In this document: positions 27,007-35,964 of the stretch, piece after piece | How positions within the stretch are numbered: the first letter of the stretch is position 1 | Layout of the letters: every line of letters starts with the position of its first letter | Virus record (IMG/VR): IMGVR_UViG_3300017774_002618 | Span: 1 to 47,199 of that record | Length of the DNA stretch: 47,199 bases | Source of the DNA: a virus | Lineage: Duplodnaviria > Caudoviricetes | Strand: one strand, 5' to 3' | The notes under the pieces: generated by a model | The model's input: only the letters and a program-made list of their open reading frames with translations | What the model was told of the DNA's origin: nothing | Database searches by the model: none | Translations under genes and position numbers: made by a program

Positions 27007-27213
27007 TTATCGTCGAAGCGCTAATGCAGAGCGCTCGAATACCGGATCGCCCATAAGGCGCTGTGCTGCCGTTCTGCTGTCAGGCGGAATCTCGGCTAAC
27101 CGAGCCATCCAGGTTTCACGTGTGACCGCTGGCGATATGCGAACACCGGCTGCCTTCTTGTTGCGAACGGTCTCGGACATCTCCTGAGAGCGCGTCTTGC
27201 TGTAGTTGCCCAT
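27007..27213 (-). CDS. Hypothetical protein
   Basis: TAATG coupling with the gcrA stop. Confidence 0.65.
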   Translation of the reverse strand: MGNYSKTRSQEMSETVRNKKAAGVRISPAVTRETWMARLAEIPPDSRTAAQRLMGDPVFERSALALRR

Positions 27214-27764
27214 TATGCCGCCCTCTGGATTGGCATGCGGTCTGCAAGAGCTTCCGAGCGGGTTCCGATGCCGACACTGCGCTCCGCGTGTGCTGCGCAA
27301 TAGCTGCCGAAGCGCTTGGGATGCCCGCAGAACAGATGCTCGCCTCTAGGTGGCGGGTCGTTCACTGGCCAGCGGCAGGAATCGGCCTCCAGATCCATCA
27401 TCGTAAGGTTAATAGGGACGAGAGACCTGTCCGCGTCGGTGCATTTGATGAGTGTCGGGCGCGGCGCGTGACGACGTATGTCCGGGAGATTGTCCCCCAT
27501 GTGTTTCGCTCCAAAATCATATACGAATATGGTGTTCGGCGCTACTCTAACTGACGGTTTTAGTTTGGCTTTCCGTGGTTTGTGGGTCGTCCTTTGATGG
27601 GAGACCTTCTTCGGCGTCATCTTCGCCTTAATGCGGCCCGCGCGCCCAATGATTGCGTTCCGGGAATGTCCCTCCCCTATGAACTCAGCGGCTTGTGACG
27701 CTGTCATGCCGGCGGCAAGAGCCGCCCTCAGTTTTGCATCCATTTCAGGTGTCCAGAACCCCAT
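27213..27764 (-). CDS. gcrA: GcrA-family cell-cycle regulator
   Basis: WTPE...GMTASQ.A...SRNAIIG N-terminus; MDLEADSCRWP...FCG...YCAAH C-terminus. Confidence 0.9.
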   Translation of the reverse strand: MGFWTPEMDAKLRAALAAGMTASQAAEFIGEGHSRNAIIGRAGRIKAKMTPKKVSHQRTTHKPRKAKLKPSVRVAPNTIFVYDFGAKHMGDNLPDIRRHAPRPTLIKCTDADRSLVPINLTMMDLEADSCRWPVNDPPPRGEHLFCGHPKRFGSYCAAHAERSVGIGTRSEALADRMPIQRAA

Positions 27765-27769
27765 GACGA

Positions 27770-28219
27770 TTACTCCGATGCTGCTTTGCGGGCTTCCAAA
27801 CCGAGACGTTCGCGGGCTTCTCTCACCTGCTGTGCGCGTTCGGCTTCTGAGGGTTTGGTGATGACTGGTCTGTGATCTTCGATCTGGACCACGTTCGGCT
27901 GTGCGCGGCGCTCATCACGGATGCGCTCGGCCTCTGCGATCTTGGCTTTGTGGGCGCGTTCCAATTCGCACTCGTCGGCCCAGCGCTCATCATTGAGGTA
28001 GACTGACAGGAGTTGAATGTATGGGCGCTCTTCCGGCTTCAGAGACCTGATGTGCCAGGATGCGCCGTCGAATATGTCCTGCGGATCAGCACCGTTCAGG
28101 AGCCATTTGCGGTAGGTGGGGCGGGCCTTTCCTCGCCCATCTGACTTCCGCGAATGAGGCAACCAGAGTTTCCACAGCCGTTCGAAGCCCTCCGGCTCGT
28201 GTTCGTGCAATTTCGTCAT
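27770..28219 (-). CDS. Stand-alone protein resembling the C-terminal domain of phage replication initiators
   Basis: FERLWKLW...GRGKARPTYRK...YIQLLSVYLNDERWADE pattern. Confidence 0.65.
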   Translation of the reverse strand: MTKLHEHEPEGFERLWKLWLPHSRKSDGRGKARPTYRKWLLNGADPQDIFDGASWHIRSLKPEERPYIQLLSVYLNDERWADECELERAHKAKIAEAERIRDERRAQPNVVQIEDHRPVITKPSEAERAQQVREARERLGLEARKAASE

Positions 28220-28575
28220 GCAGCCTCACTGATCTCTATGCGGACGGAGCCGCCTTTGACGGGCTGACCAATCTCGACCGGGCCATGACGGAAATGCTTG
28301 TCGTCAACCCCGATAGCGTCGGAGATGCCATCGTAACTGGCCTTCATCCGAGCCTTCAGGTTGTCCTCGTCATAGGCCCGGCGATCGGGCGGGAAGAATT
28401 TCGTGGTGACATGGATTGGAATAGGAGCCGATAGCTTCAGCACGCCGGTTTCCAGTGTGGCTGCCCATGCTGTCTTGCGGGCTGTCTTGACGGCAGCAGC
28501 ACGCTTTGCCCAATGAGGTCTTGCATTGGGTGACAGGACAGGTGACGGCCACGGGAGAGTGATGGTTAGGCTCAT
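28216..28575 (-). CDS. rusA: RusA-family Holliday junction resolvase
   Basis: LPWP..LSPN, FFPPDRR.YD.DN, DGISDAIGVDD. Confidence 0.82.
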   Translation of the reverse strand: MSLTITLPWPSPVLSPNARPHWAKRAAAVKTARKTAWAATLETGVLKLSAPIPIHVTTKFFPPDRRAYDEDNLKARMKASYDGISDAIGVDDKHFRHGPVEIGQPVKGGSVRIEISEAA

Positions 28576-29318
28576 GCTGCGTCCGCCTTCACTGCCGAGA
28601 ACATATCAGGGCGATCGTAAGCGGCGCGCAACCGGGTGACAGCCATCTCGAAGAACGGCTCGTGGACCTCAATACCGATGAACTTGCGACCGAGTTGCAC
28701 ACAGGCCGCGCCTGTCGTGCCAGACCCCATGAACGGGTCAACTACCGTGTCGCCAGCGTTAGACGAGTTGCTGACGTTTTCCGACATGAGGTAGACTGGC
28801 TTCTCAGTCGGGTGACCAAGTTCCTTGTCGATTCCGCCGCGAAGAAGCTGCTTTGAAGAGGGGTTGTTGATCGTCCGCGCCCTGCCCTTCCAAAGGTAGA
28901 TCGTGAACTCCAGGTTCTTCATATACCAACGGTTGGCGGTCGGCGTGATCTTGTCCCAGACCAGCAAATTGTGGAGTTGAAAGCCGGCCTTGAACGCCGC
29001 GTCGGTCAGCGGGTGAACGTTCTTGTCATTCGCCATGACGTAGCAATCGGCATCCTCTTTCAGTGAGGCATAGAGCGCAGACATCATTTCGGGGAATGGC
29101 ACCGTCGCCATCACCAGTTGACCGTCATTGGCGTAGTTGTGCGCGGCGAAGATCCCTGACATAGTTTTGGACGATTTGGAGACGCCACCCGTTGTCAGGG
29201 AATAAGGGACATCCGAGACAACCAGGTCAGCCGGCGACAGAGTCGGGAGGATCGCCAGCGCATCGCCCAGATAGAGCGTGCAATCGCCGATGACGACCTC
29301 TCTCTTGATCGCACTCAT
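28572..29318 (-). CDS. Orphan N6-adenine/N4-cytosine DNA methyltransferase (beta class)
   Basis: Motif IV SDVPY, HPTEKP, motif I DPFMGSGTT. Confidence 0.92.
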   Translation of the reverse strand: MSAIKREVVIGDCTLYLGDALAILPTLSPADLVVSDVPYSLTTGGVSKSSKTMSGIFAAHNYANDGQLVMATVPFPEMMSALYASLKEDADCYVMANDKNVHPLTDAAFKAGFQLHNLLVWDKITPTANRWYMKNLEFTIYLWKGRARTINNPSSKQLLRGGIDKELGHPTEKPVYLMSENVSNSSNAGDTVVDPFMGSGTTGAACVQLGRKFIGIEVHEPFFEMAVTRLRAAYDRPDMFSAVKADAA

Positions 29319-29521
29319 GCTTTCGCCCCCGCACGCCGTTGCCGCCTACGCTGGTAGCGCTTCCATGCCGCCGTTGCCGGATCGTCGGATATCCCCATCT
29401 GGCAGGCCGTGACCTTGACAGAGCCAACCGTGCTGCCAAGTTGCTTCGCGATGTCGGCAACGGGTAGCCCGGCGAGATAGCCGGCGCGAACGCCTTGGCG
29501 GAATGAAGATTCAGTTCTCAT
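29315..29521 (-). CDS. Small HTH protein
   Basis: GLPVADIAKQLGSTVGSVKV. Confidence 0.65.
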   Translation of the reverse strand: MRTESSFRQGVRAGYLAGLPVADIAKQLGSTVGSVKVTACQMGISDDPATAAWKRYQRRRQRRAGAKA

Positions 29522-29652
29522 CCCACCACCCCCGTCGTGTAGTAGACCACTCCAGCCGCAGAGATCAGGAAGACGATCAGAGCGATGGTGAAAGCTAGCC
29601 AGTCGCTAGGAATCCAGGACGGACCGGTGATCAGGCGTTCTTCGTCTTCCAT
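29518..29652 (-). CDS. Small membrane protein (44 aa)
   Basis: MEDEERLITG...WLAFTIALIVFLISAAGVVYY; ATGA overlap. Confidence 0.55.
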   Translation of the reverse strand: MEDEERLITGPSWIPSDWLAFTIALIVFLISAAGVVYYTTGVVG

Positions 29653-29724
29653 TCCCCACCCCTGCCCATTCGGGCCTTGTCGAGATGCAACCTCTAGGGC
29701 GGGTTGCGGGCCACTCGGAACGGG

Positions 29725-30126
29725 TTACTCAGGGATCGGCGACCAACCGGCTTTGTCGTCGGGCGGTCGGCGGTAATTGGCGATTGCGCCAGAGCCGTCG
29801 ATGGTCATGATGATGTAGTCGCCATAGCCGTTGTCGCCGTGGCAGAGGTAATCGCCCGGAACGTAGCCATCACGCTCTGCAATGCGTTCGCCGGCCTCAT
29901 CTAGAAGCCAGTAGCGCCCCGCATCGCAGACCTTGTAGTGGATGTCCGCTTCAACACCTTCCGGCCACCCGACGACCTTGCCAGTGCGGAGATCAATGTT
30001 CGGACACCAGCAGTCCCCGGAGCGGAAGGGGATAAGGCTCCCGTCCTCATCCGTGACATAGTTGACTCGGGCGTCTTCCCAATATCGAACGCCCGCTTCA
30101 ACTTCGATGAACGCTGCCTCTCTCAT
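29725..30126 (-). CDS. Conserved-looking phage hypothetical protein
   Basis: AAGGGG RBS; VRYWEDA..HYKVCDAG..GYGDYIIM. Confidence 0.75.
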   Translation of the reverse strand: MREAAFIEVEAGVRYWEDARVNYVTDEDGSLIPFRSGDCWCPNIDLRTGKVVGWPEGVEADIHYKVCDAGRYWLLDEAGERIAERDGYVPGDYLCHGDNGYGDYIIMTIDGSGAIANYRRPPDDKAGWSPIPE

Positions 30127-30176
30127 CTCATTCCCCTTCGATCCAGTTAGCCGCCGCCTCATAGCGACGGGGGTGG

Positions 30177-30509
30177 TTATGCTGGTGTCTGAACGCGCTT
30201 CAGAGCGTTGCGACGTAGGGAGGCGATGTCCGGTTGCCCGCTGAGAAGTCGGTCTTGCAACTTCCGACCGGCGGCATAGACCGCTATCCGCCACGGGATC
30301 AGCATCCCGAAAAGGCTTGACGCAAACGTCACCCCGCCGATTTTGTAATCGCCGACCCTGATGTCCAGTCCACAGCGGTTGTTCGCAAGCCACACCCTCG
30401 CGCCTAATCTCTTGTTCGACACACTCCACTTGTCAGTCTGCCAGTCGTCTGGCTGGTCCTCCATTGACCGGAGGACCGCCGCGATAATCTGCTGATCGAT
30501 GCTGTTCAT
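30177..30509 (-). CDS. Hypothetical protein
   Basis: TGATG coupling with the upstream stop. Confidence 0.7.
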   Translation of the reverse strand: MNSIDQQIIAAVLRSMEDQPDDWQTDKWSVSNKRLGARVWLANNRCGLDIRVGDYKIGGVTFASSLFGMLIPWRIAVYAAGRKLQDRLLSGQPDIASLRRNALKRVQTPA

Positions 30510-31114
30510 CAGCCTACTTCCCCCTTCCCGTCTTTCGCGCCAGCCACAAAATCAGCCAGCCAAAGAATCTTCGAACCCCGTGCGGCCTTCGCATCTGTGA
30601 TTTCGACCAGATGCAGGTAGACGCCGGCAGGGACATCATTCACTTGGCGATATTGAAGCCGGTGGAGCCATGCGGCTGGGAAGCCAGTCTTCTGCTCTAC
30701 TCTGTGCCGAGCGGCGTCTGCGGTGTCACCAATCCCTCGGAACTCGCCGTTTGTCAGCGCCAAGGCCATTTGCCTCGCCATCTCGACAGCATCCTTCGAA
30801 TATTCTGAAGTTGCCCGCCTCATCGTTGCGCCGCCGTCTTGGAACGGCATTCTTGGAAGAGTGCCGTTCTGGACATCGCGGATCAGATCGCGGACCTGAT
30901 CAGAGCAGCGGAACCACTCGCCACCGATACGATGCTCAGCGAGGAGATCATGCAGGTAGGATTCCGTTTCCTTTCCACCTGGCATCGTAGCCAACACCGC
31001 CACGCCGTTTGCATGGCTGACAGACAGGTTCTTCACGCGGGCGGCGAGATCCTGCGTGAAGCCAATCTTCACACAGGAGTCGTCCGTCTTGCTCTGGATG
31101 AAATAGACGGTCAT
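30509..31114 (-). CDS. GIY-YIG/T5orf172-domain protein with a C-terminal HTH-like region
   Basis: VYFIQ..VKIGFT..R...E..LH..L..HRI.GEWF. Confidence 0.82.
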   Translation of the reverse strand: MTVYFIQSKTDDSCVKIGFTQDLAARVKNLSVSHANGVAVLATMPGGKETESYLHDLLAEHRIGGEWFRCSDQVRDLIRDVQNGTLPRMPFQDGGATMRRATSEYSKDAVEMARQMALALTNGEFRGIGDTADAARHRVEQKTGFPAAWLHRLQYRQVNDVPAGVYLHLVEITDAKAARGSKILWLADFVAGAKDGKGEVG

Positions 31115-31117
31115 CTG

Positions 31118-31582
31118 TCACTCTCCGCCCATTCGATGAGACGTTGACCAAGCGCCGTCGCTGACGTTCCCCAGCCGATCAATCTCCGGCCCGTAAAAAT
31201 CAGGATCGATTTCCCTAAGGCGCGCAGCAGCGAGGGTGGCTTGTTTCCTGGCAATGAATGCTTCGTGTTTCGCACGGGCTAGACCTTCCTCGTTGTGGCG
31301 CTCGACTGCCTCGCGAACGGTGTCCGCGATGTCAGCAGGGATGCGCTTGAATTTCCTCCACCGCAGGCGTTCGATGACTGTCACGGGAAGCCGTGTCGTC
31401 CGCGCCGCCTTGTTGTTCTGGACCAGCGCCGGACCCGTCCCGCCGAGGAGGCGAACCGCCAGCGACATTTCCTCTGCTATCAACTCAACACGCATTTTTT
31501 CCGTTTCGCGCCGTGAGATTTCACGATCACGCCTCTGCTTTTCTGCCATTTGGAAATCCTTTCGCTGCATGATTTGACCCAT
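31118..31582 (-). CDS. Putative transcriptional regulator (CII-like position)
   Basis: HTH-like AARTTRLPVTVIERLRWRK; start uncertain. Confidence 0.55.
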   Translation of the reverse strand: MGQIMQRKDFQMAEKQRRDREISRRETEKMRVELIAEEMSLAVRLLGGTGPALVQNNKAARTTRLPVTVIERLRWRKFKRIPADIADTVREAVERHNEEGLARAKHEAFIARKQATLAAARLREIDPDFYGPEIDRLGNVSDGAWSTSHRMGGE

Positions 31583-31978
31583 GAGCAGCGAACGAACCGA
31601 CGAAAGGGAACCTGTTGACTACGCCGCCGATGCGAGGCGGCTGTTGAAGATGCTTGATGATCGAAAGGCCCGAGCGATTGCAGTCGTTCCGGCAAACTCG
31701 GATTGCAGTCCGAGCGAATTTCAGACGGATGGGCTTGATGAATCCCGATTTCCGGATTGCGGCGTGTTTAGACATCGTAAGGAAATGACCCATGCCATCC
31801 GTCCCGACGTGGACATGGATGGGTCGGTGACAGATCGCGCAACTGGTCAGATGACGTTTGCGCTCCACGCCGTGAAGAAAGACGGCAGAGCGCACGACGC
31901 GCTCAATGCCGAGTTGCCCGCTGCGAGCGCGCAGGGAAACGCGCGGGAGGGTAAGCAGCGGGATGGGGGATGAGGGGA

Positions 31979-32119
31979 TCATTTATCGCCCCCATCAGGG
32001 GTTCCGGGCCGCTCAATGGCGTCGGCGACAGCGCGCCAAGCCAGAACCGCAAACATCGCAACGACCACCGCTACGAAAACTGCGAATGCCAAACCCATCA
32101 GTGTTGCGAGGGGGCTCAT
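31979..32119 (-). CDS. Small membrane protein (46 aa)
   Basis: ATGA overlap; one TM. Confidence 0.55.
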   Translation of the reverse strand: MSPLATLMGLAFAVFVAVVVAMFAVLAWRAVADAIERPGTPDGGDK

Positions 32120-32466
32120 TCCAAGCTCCTATTCGGCATCTCGTAGGAGGCGGGGACCAGTTCCTTTGGAGGATTGACCAGCATGGCGCGGAAGACGGAG
32201 ATGTCGCTCTTGCGCTCACGGAGAGGCTTGAAGCGGCTGACGTTGAAAGCGCCCTCGTATGGCTCTGGCTCGTCCCAATAACGAAGCGGTGGATTGTTGA
32301 TCTCCGCCAGGTAGATTTGGGTCGTGCCGTAAAACGCGGACCTTCGAATGCCCCGGATGGTATAGACGCTGGCCTTAGTGGGCCAAACCTCTGGGCCATC
32401 ACATTTATCGTTTCGTGTGCCGTCAACGCACACGACTTTCATCCCGACGCGAGGTTCCCAATCCAT
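32116..32466 (-). CDS. Hypothetical protein (VGMKVVCVD...FNVSRFKP)
   Basis: Motif common in phage accessory proteins; coupled start. Confidence 0.7.
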   Translation of the reverse strand: MDWEPRVGMKVVCVDGTRNDKCDGPEVWPTKASVYTIRGIRRSAFYGTTQIYLAEINNPPLRYWDEPEPYEGAFNVSRFKPLRERKSDISVFRAMLVNPPKELVPASYEMPNRSLE

Positions 32467-32642
32467 CACAGCCACCCCATCGCAGCCGCGAAGGCCAGGG
32501 CGAGCCGATACAGACAGCCCCAAAGAACAAAGCTGGTGATGACAATGCCAAGCGGTGCCCAGCGGTTCATCGGAGGCTTGTGAGAGGGTTCCGCCTTCAT
32601 TGCGGAGCGGAATGTCTCTTGAGGGATTGGGATCATGGACAT
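32466..32642 (-). CDS. Small membrane protein
   Basis: Fills the gap with TGATG couplings; one TM. Confidence 0.5.
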   Translation of the reverse strand: MSMIPIPQETFRSAMKAEPSHKPPMNRWAPLGIVITSFVLWGCLYRLALAFAAAMGWL

Positions 32643-33028
32643 CAGGCGGCACTCCGATCCATGACGGATTCACCATAAGGAGGGAACGCGCGGACAACGC
32701 TCAGAAGCCCGATGACCTCGCTAGGAACCAAGAAACCCTTCGCAGCAATTGCAGCTATGTGGACTGCCTGGATGGCGTGATTTTCGTGCTCCAATTCAAA
32801 GAACTCCCGCGCAGCGTTAACGCGGAAACTGGCAAGCATCCGATGAGCAATTTCCTCAGCAGATTGAGAATGAGCGGCGGACTCGCAGTCCACCATCGCG
32901 ACGATCTCGAACGGCGTCGGGACACCGGTCGCGCTGGATATTTCCGCGACCCTGCGATCCGGGTAAGCCGACCTGCCGATCTTGTAGAGACCGGGCATGC
33001 TTGCGTTTTTCAGGACATAAACAAACAT
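32642..33028 (-). CDS. T5orf172/GIY-YIG domain protein
   Basis: VYVLKNASMPGLYKIG...ATGVPTPF...RVN..REFF. Confidence 0.88.
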   Translation of the reverse strand: MFVYVLKNASMPGLYKIGRSAYPDRRVAEISSATGVPTPFEIVAMVDCESAAHSQSAEEIAHRMLASFRVNAAREFFELEHENHAIQAVHIAAIAAKGFLVPSEVIGLLSVVRAFPPYGESVMDRSAA

Positions 33029-33874
33029 TTATGCAGCCCTCTTGCCGCCGAGAACGGACGCGCCCGTGATATTGGTGAAGGCGGTCAAGACCTCCTTGGA
33101 AGTCGTTACCGCGATGTTGGATTTGAAATGTTCCCATGCTTCGGCGGGGACATATTCAGCAATCAGCTCCGCAACCTCTTTGGCGGCGCGCTGGCGAATA
33201 TCGGCGTCAAGTGCAAGCTTCTTGCTGCTGCGCTTGTCGTCCCGTTCCCGACGCGCGATCTCGGCCAAGTCGCGCTTCGCCGCATACATCTGTTCGCTTG
33301 GCGACAACTTCTTGATGCGGTCGAGATAAGACCCGTTGTCGAGTTTCGTGCCCCGAATGAGGTCGAACACCGGCTCAAAAATCTTCTCGCCGCGCGACAC
33401 ATCCCTCGATACCGAACTCTTATCCCGCCCTGTGATGCGGGCTGTTTCGGACGCAAAAGATGCAGTTTGCAAGTTGCCATCTGCATTCCACCGCGCACCC
33501 GCGCCCGCGACACCATGTTCTGTCTCAGGATGCAGTTCGAGATAGATCGCTTTCCGGCGCGCGGTCTGTTGCGCCCTATCGGAAGGCGTCAGTTCGGCGC
33601 GGCAAAGGTTCTCATCGATCATCGCCAGTTCGGCATGGAGATCGTCATCCGTGACAACCATGCAGGCGATGTCCGCGAGGCCGAGGCGCCTGCAGGCGGT
33701 GAGCCTGTGCGCCCCGGCTATTGTCTCCCACTGGTCACCAACCGCACGGACGCGGATCGGGTTGATCAGCCCGACATTGGCAATGCTCTCGACCAGACCG
33801 GCAACCGCCGACTCGTCAATCGCACGCGCGTCCGAACGAAGAATGATGTTCTCAATGGGAATGTCGCGGATCAT
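33029..33874 (-). CDS. ParB N-terminal-domain protein with HTH
   Basis: LVESI..VGLINPI.V...IAGAHRL.A...DENL.R.ELT. Confidence 0.88.
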   Translation of the reverse strand: MIRDIPIENIILRSDARAIDESAVAGLVESIANVGLINPIRVRAVGDQWETIAGAHRLTACRRLGLADIACMVVTDDDLHAELAMIDENLCRAELTPSDRAQQTARRKAIYLELHPETEHGVAGAGARWNADGNLQTASFASETARITGRDKSSVSRDVSRGEKIFEPVFDLIRGTKLDNGSYLDRIKKLSPSEQMYAAKRDLAEIARRERDDKRSSKKLALDADIRQRAAKEVAELIAEYVPAEAWEHFKSNIAVTTSKEVLTAFTNITGASVLGGKRAA

Positions 33875-33877
33875 GGA

Positions 33878-34876
33878 TTATGCCTCCAGAACCGGAAGAA
33901 CAGCATCAGAGAGGTGGAAGCGGCTGACCACTTCGCCCTTGCGGAAGGCATTCCAGCAGCGGAAAATGAGTTCCGCCTTAGCGTTCTGTTCGCGCGAACC
34001 CGTCATCAGCAAGAGCCGGTTGCGGGCATAGAGGGCCGGATCTCCTTTCGGCAGGTTCGAGCCTTCGATCATCGCGAAGAAGAACTGGTCCACGTCTTCG
34101 CGGCGACCGATCTGGCCGATGGCGAAATGGCAGAATGCGAATACCGCATGACCACCCAGGTAGCGGGTCTTCTTCATTTCGAAGAGGCTGACCGAGCGCT
34201 GGAGGGAGGGGTGACTGGCGACGAAAGAGATGATTTCGCTCTTGGTCGCGCGGCTTCCCTTCGGGTTAATCCGGCCATAGGTGAGATATTGCCACGCATA
34301 CTGCGCAGCCGTGGCCAGATTGATCGTGTTGGTGTGGCCTTCCATCGCCAGATAGTCGCCGGCAGACCGCATCCGTCCCTGATCGAGGGTAGTCCGCGTC
34401 TCGCGTTCCACGCCGACGATCATCACCACATCGATCGGCTTGTCCGCGCGAACAACTGCCAGCGAACGGTGCTGACCGTCATTGAGCGAACCATCCGCCG
34501 CGACGATGATCGGCTCACCGTTGAAGGCCCAGCGCCCGCCGTCGATCTCGTAGGCGTAGCGTTCAACCGCCGACTCGTTCACCTTGCGGTTGTCAGCATT
34601 GCGATCCAGCAGGATCTTCGCCAGTTCTGGCGTCAGTTTGACGACGTGAGCGGTCGGCTTCCCCTTGGAGTTCGAGTCGGCAATCAGGCGGTCAAGCCAG
34701 ATACCAAGCTTCTTGTTCTCCGACACCAAATTGAAGGGGGCGATATCGGGAACGGCATTGCGAGACGTTCGTGCTTCCATTACACCATGCATGTGATTTG
34801 CCTCTTGGCGGGCGTCTTCGGGCGACCCGCCTTTTTCTTTGCGGGCAGCGACCCGGATCGCCGATTGAATGTTCAT
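33878..34876 (-). CDS. ParB/Srx-fold protein of the DGQHR type
   Basis: NADNRKV...YA.....GRW.FNGEPI....GSLNDGQHR. Confidence 0.8.
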   Translation of the reverse strand: MNIQSAIRVAARKEKGGSPEDARQEANHMHGVMEARTSRNAVPDIAPFNLVSENKKLGIWLDRLIADSNSKGKPTAHVVKLTPELAKILLDRNADNRKVNESAVERYAYEIDGGRWAFNGEPIIVAADGSLNDGQHRSLAVVRADKPIDVVMIVGVERETRTTLDQGRMRSAGDYLAMEGHTNTINLATAAQYAWQYLTYGRINPKGSRATKSEIISFVASHPSLQRSVSLFEMKKTRYLGGHAVFAFCHFAIGQIGRREDVDQFFFAMIEGSNLPKGDPALYARNRLLLMTGSREQNAKAELIFRCWNAFRKGEVVSRFHLSDAVLPVLEA

Positions 34877-35103
34877 GCGGCTGCGCTCTCAGCCTTCGAC
34901 GCACGGGCTTCCGCCGCCTGCGCATACCAGTCAGCAACCGTGACCTTGTTGCGCGTGGCGATGGCTATCCGCTCGATCATCTCAGGATCGGGGAACCGCG
35001 CGTTGCGGATGTATCGGGAAACCGTGGGCTGCTTGACGCCGATCTGCTCAGCGAGCCAGCCAGGGCTTTTGCTATTCGTGGCGAGGAAGGTTTCGAGCTT
35101 CAT
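34873..35103 (-). CDS. cro: Cro-like HTH repressor
   Basis: LAEQIGVKQPTVSRY...RFP...IERIA.AT..KVT..DW; divergent from cI. Confidence 0.85.
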   Translation of the reverse strand: MKLETFLATNSKSPGWLAEQIGVKQPTVSRYIRNARFPDPEMIERIAIATRNKVTVADWYAQAAEARASKAESAAA

Positions 35104-35199
35104 AAGGGCTTTGATACCAGAACGGTATCGGCCTTGCAAGCGCAAAATATACCAACTTGGTTTTTGAATATGACACACCTGAGCGGTAGGTAGCCGCCC
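35104..35199. promoter_or_regulatory. OR region: PR, PRM and three operators (consensus ATACC-N5-GGTAT)
   Basis: Operators at 35114-35128, 35149-35163 and 35175-35189; PR TTGCAA-N17-TATCAA (minus); PRM TTGAAT-N17-TAGGTA (plus). Confidence 0.75.
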
Positions 35200-35853
35200 A
35201 TGATGAACATCCGGGATTTGCGCGCGAAGCGTGGTTTGACGCAGGCCGAACTTGCCCGCCTCGTCGGCACGTCCCAGCCTCAGATAAAACGGCTTGAATC
35301 CGGAGAGCGCTCGTTAACCAAACAATGGGCTAAACGGATTGCACAACATTTAGGCGTTTCAGCCGAGTCTCTTTTGTTCGAACATGAGGAAAGGGACGAC
35401 TCGGAGCGGGAGGTAGCCGGGTTGCCCGTTGCTGGCACCAGCCGAGCGGGCGACTGGTTAGACATAACCATGATCGATGAGGTAGAGCCTGATTTCATCC
35501 CTGTTGCGCGCCATCCTCAGTTCATGCGCGCCAGGCAATACGCGCTGCTGGTTTCTGGCGATTCAATGGATCTGCTGTTTCGCGACGGATCATATGTGAC
35601 CTGCGTCGATTTCGCGGAGAGTGGCCTTGCTCTGAAACCGGGGATGATCCTCCATATTCGCCGCACATTGGCCGGCAGGCAGCTGGTTGAGACGACAATC
35701 AAGAAGCTGGGCGACCGATTTTTGCTGCCGCAGTCGTCAAATCCTGTGCACAAGCCGATTGCCTTGAACGGAGACGAGGACACCGAAATTACCGTGGCGG
35801 GGGTCGTTATCGGGAAATGGGAGCCTATCGCTTTTGATGGGCTGTTGTCCTAG
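35200..35853 (+). CDS. cI: CI repressor (XRE HTH plus S24 peptidase)
   Basis: LTQAELARLVGTSQPQIKRLESG; A-G cleavage-like site; VSGDSM and TIKK catalytic motifs. Confidence 0.92.
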   Translation: MMNIRDLRAKRGLTQAELARLVGTSQPQIKRLESGERSLTKQWAKRIAQHLGVSAESLLFEHEERDDSEREVAGLPVAGTSRAGDWLDITMIDEVEPDFIPVARHPQFMRARQYALLVSGDSMDLLFRDGSYVTCVDFAESGLALKPGMILHIRRTLAGRQLVETTIKKLGDRFLLPQSSNPVHKPIALNGDEDTEITVAGVVIGKWEPIAFDGLLS

Positions 35854-35893
35854 CGCTTATCCTCATAAGCCTCTTACCCTACGAGAAGAAGAT

Positions 35894-35964
35894 ACCTTCT
35901 ATCTTCCACCTTCTATCTTAGTGTGCCACCAGTGTCACATTTGAGAAGTGACATGCGTGGCACA
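35894..35964. repeat. Iteron-like sites and pyrimidine-tract repeats (putative replication origin)
   Basis: GTGCCA-N4-TGTCAC (35923-35938) and GTGACA-N4-TGGCAC (35948-35963); ACCTTCTATCTT twice (35894, 35908). Confidence 0.65.

Noticed and set aside
32555-35167. 870-aa plus-strand ORF
   Set aside because: Antisense shadow of the T5orf172, ParB and DGQHR genes, which share one frame in GC-rich DNA; no protein-like motifs
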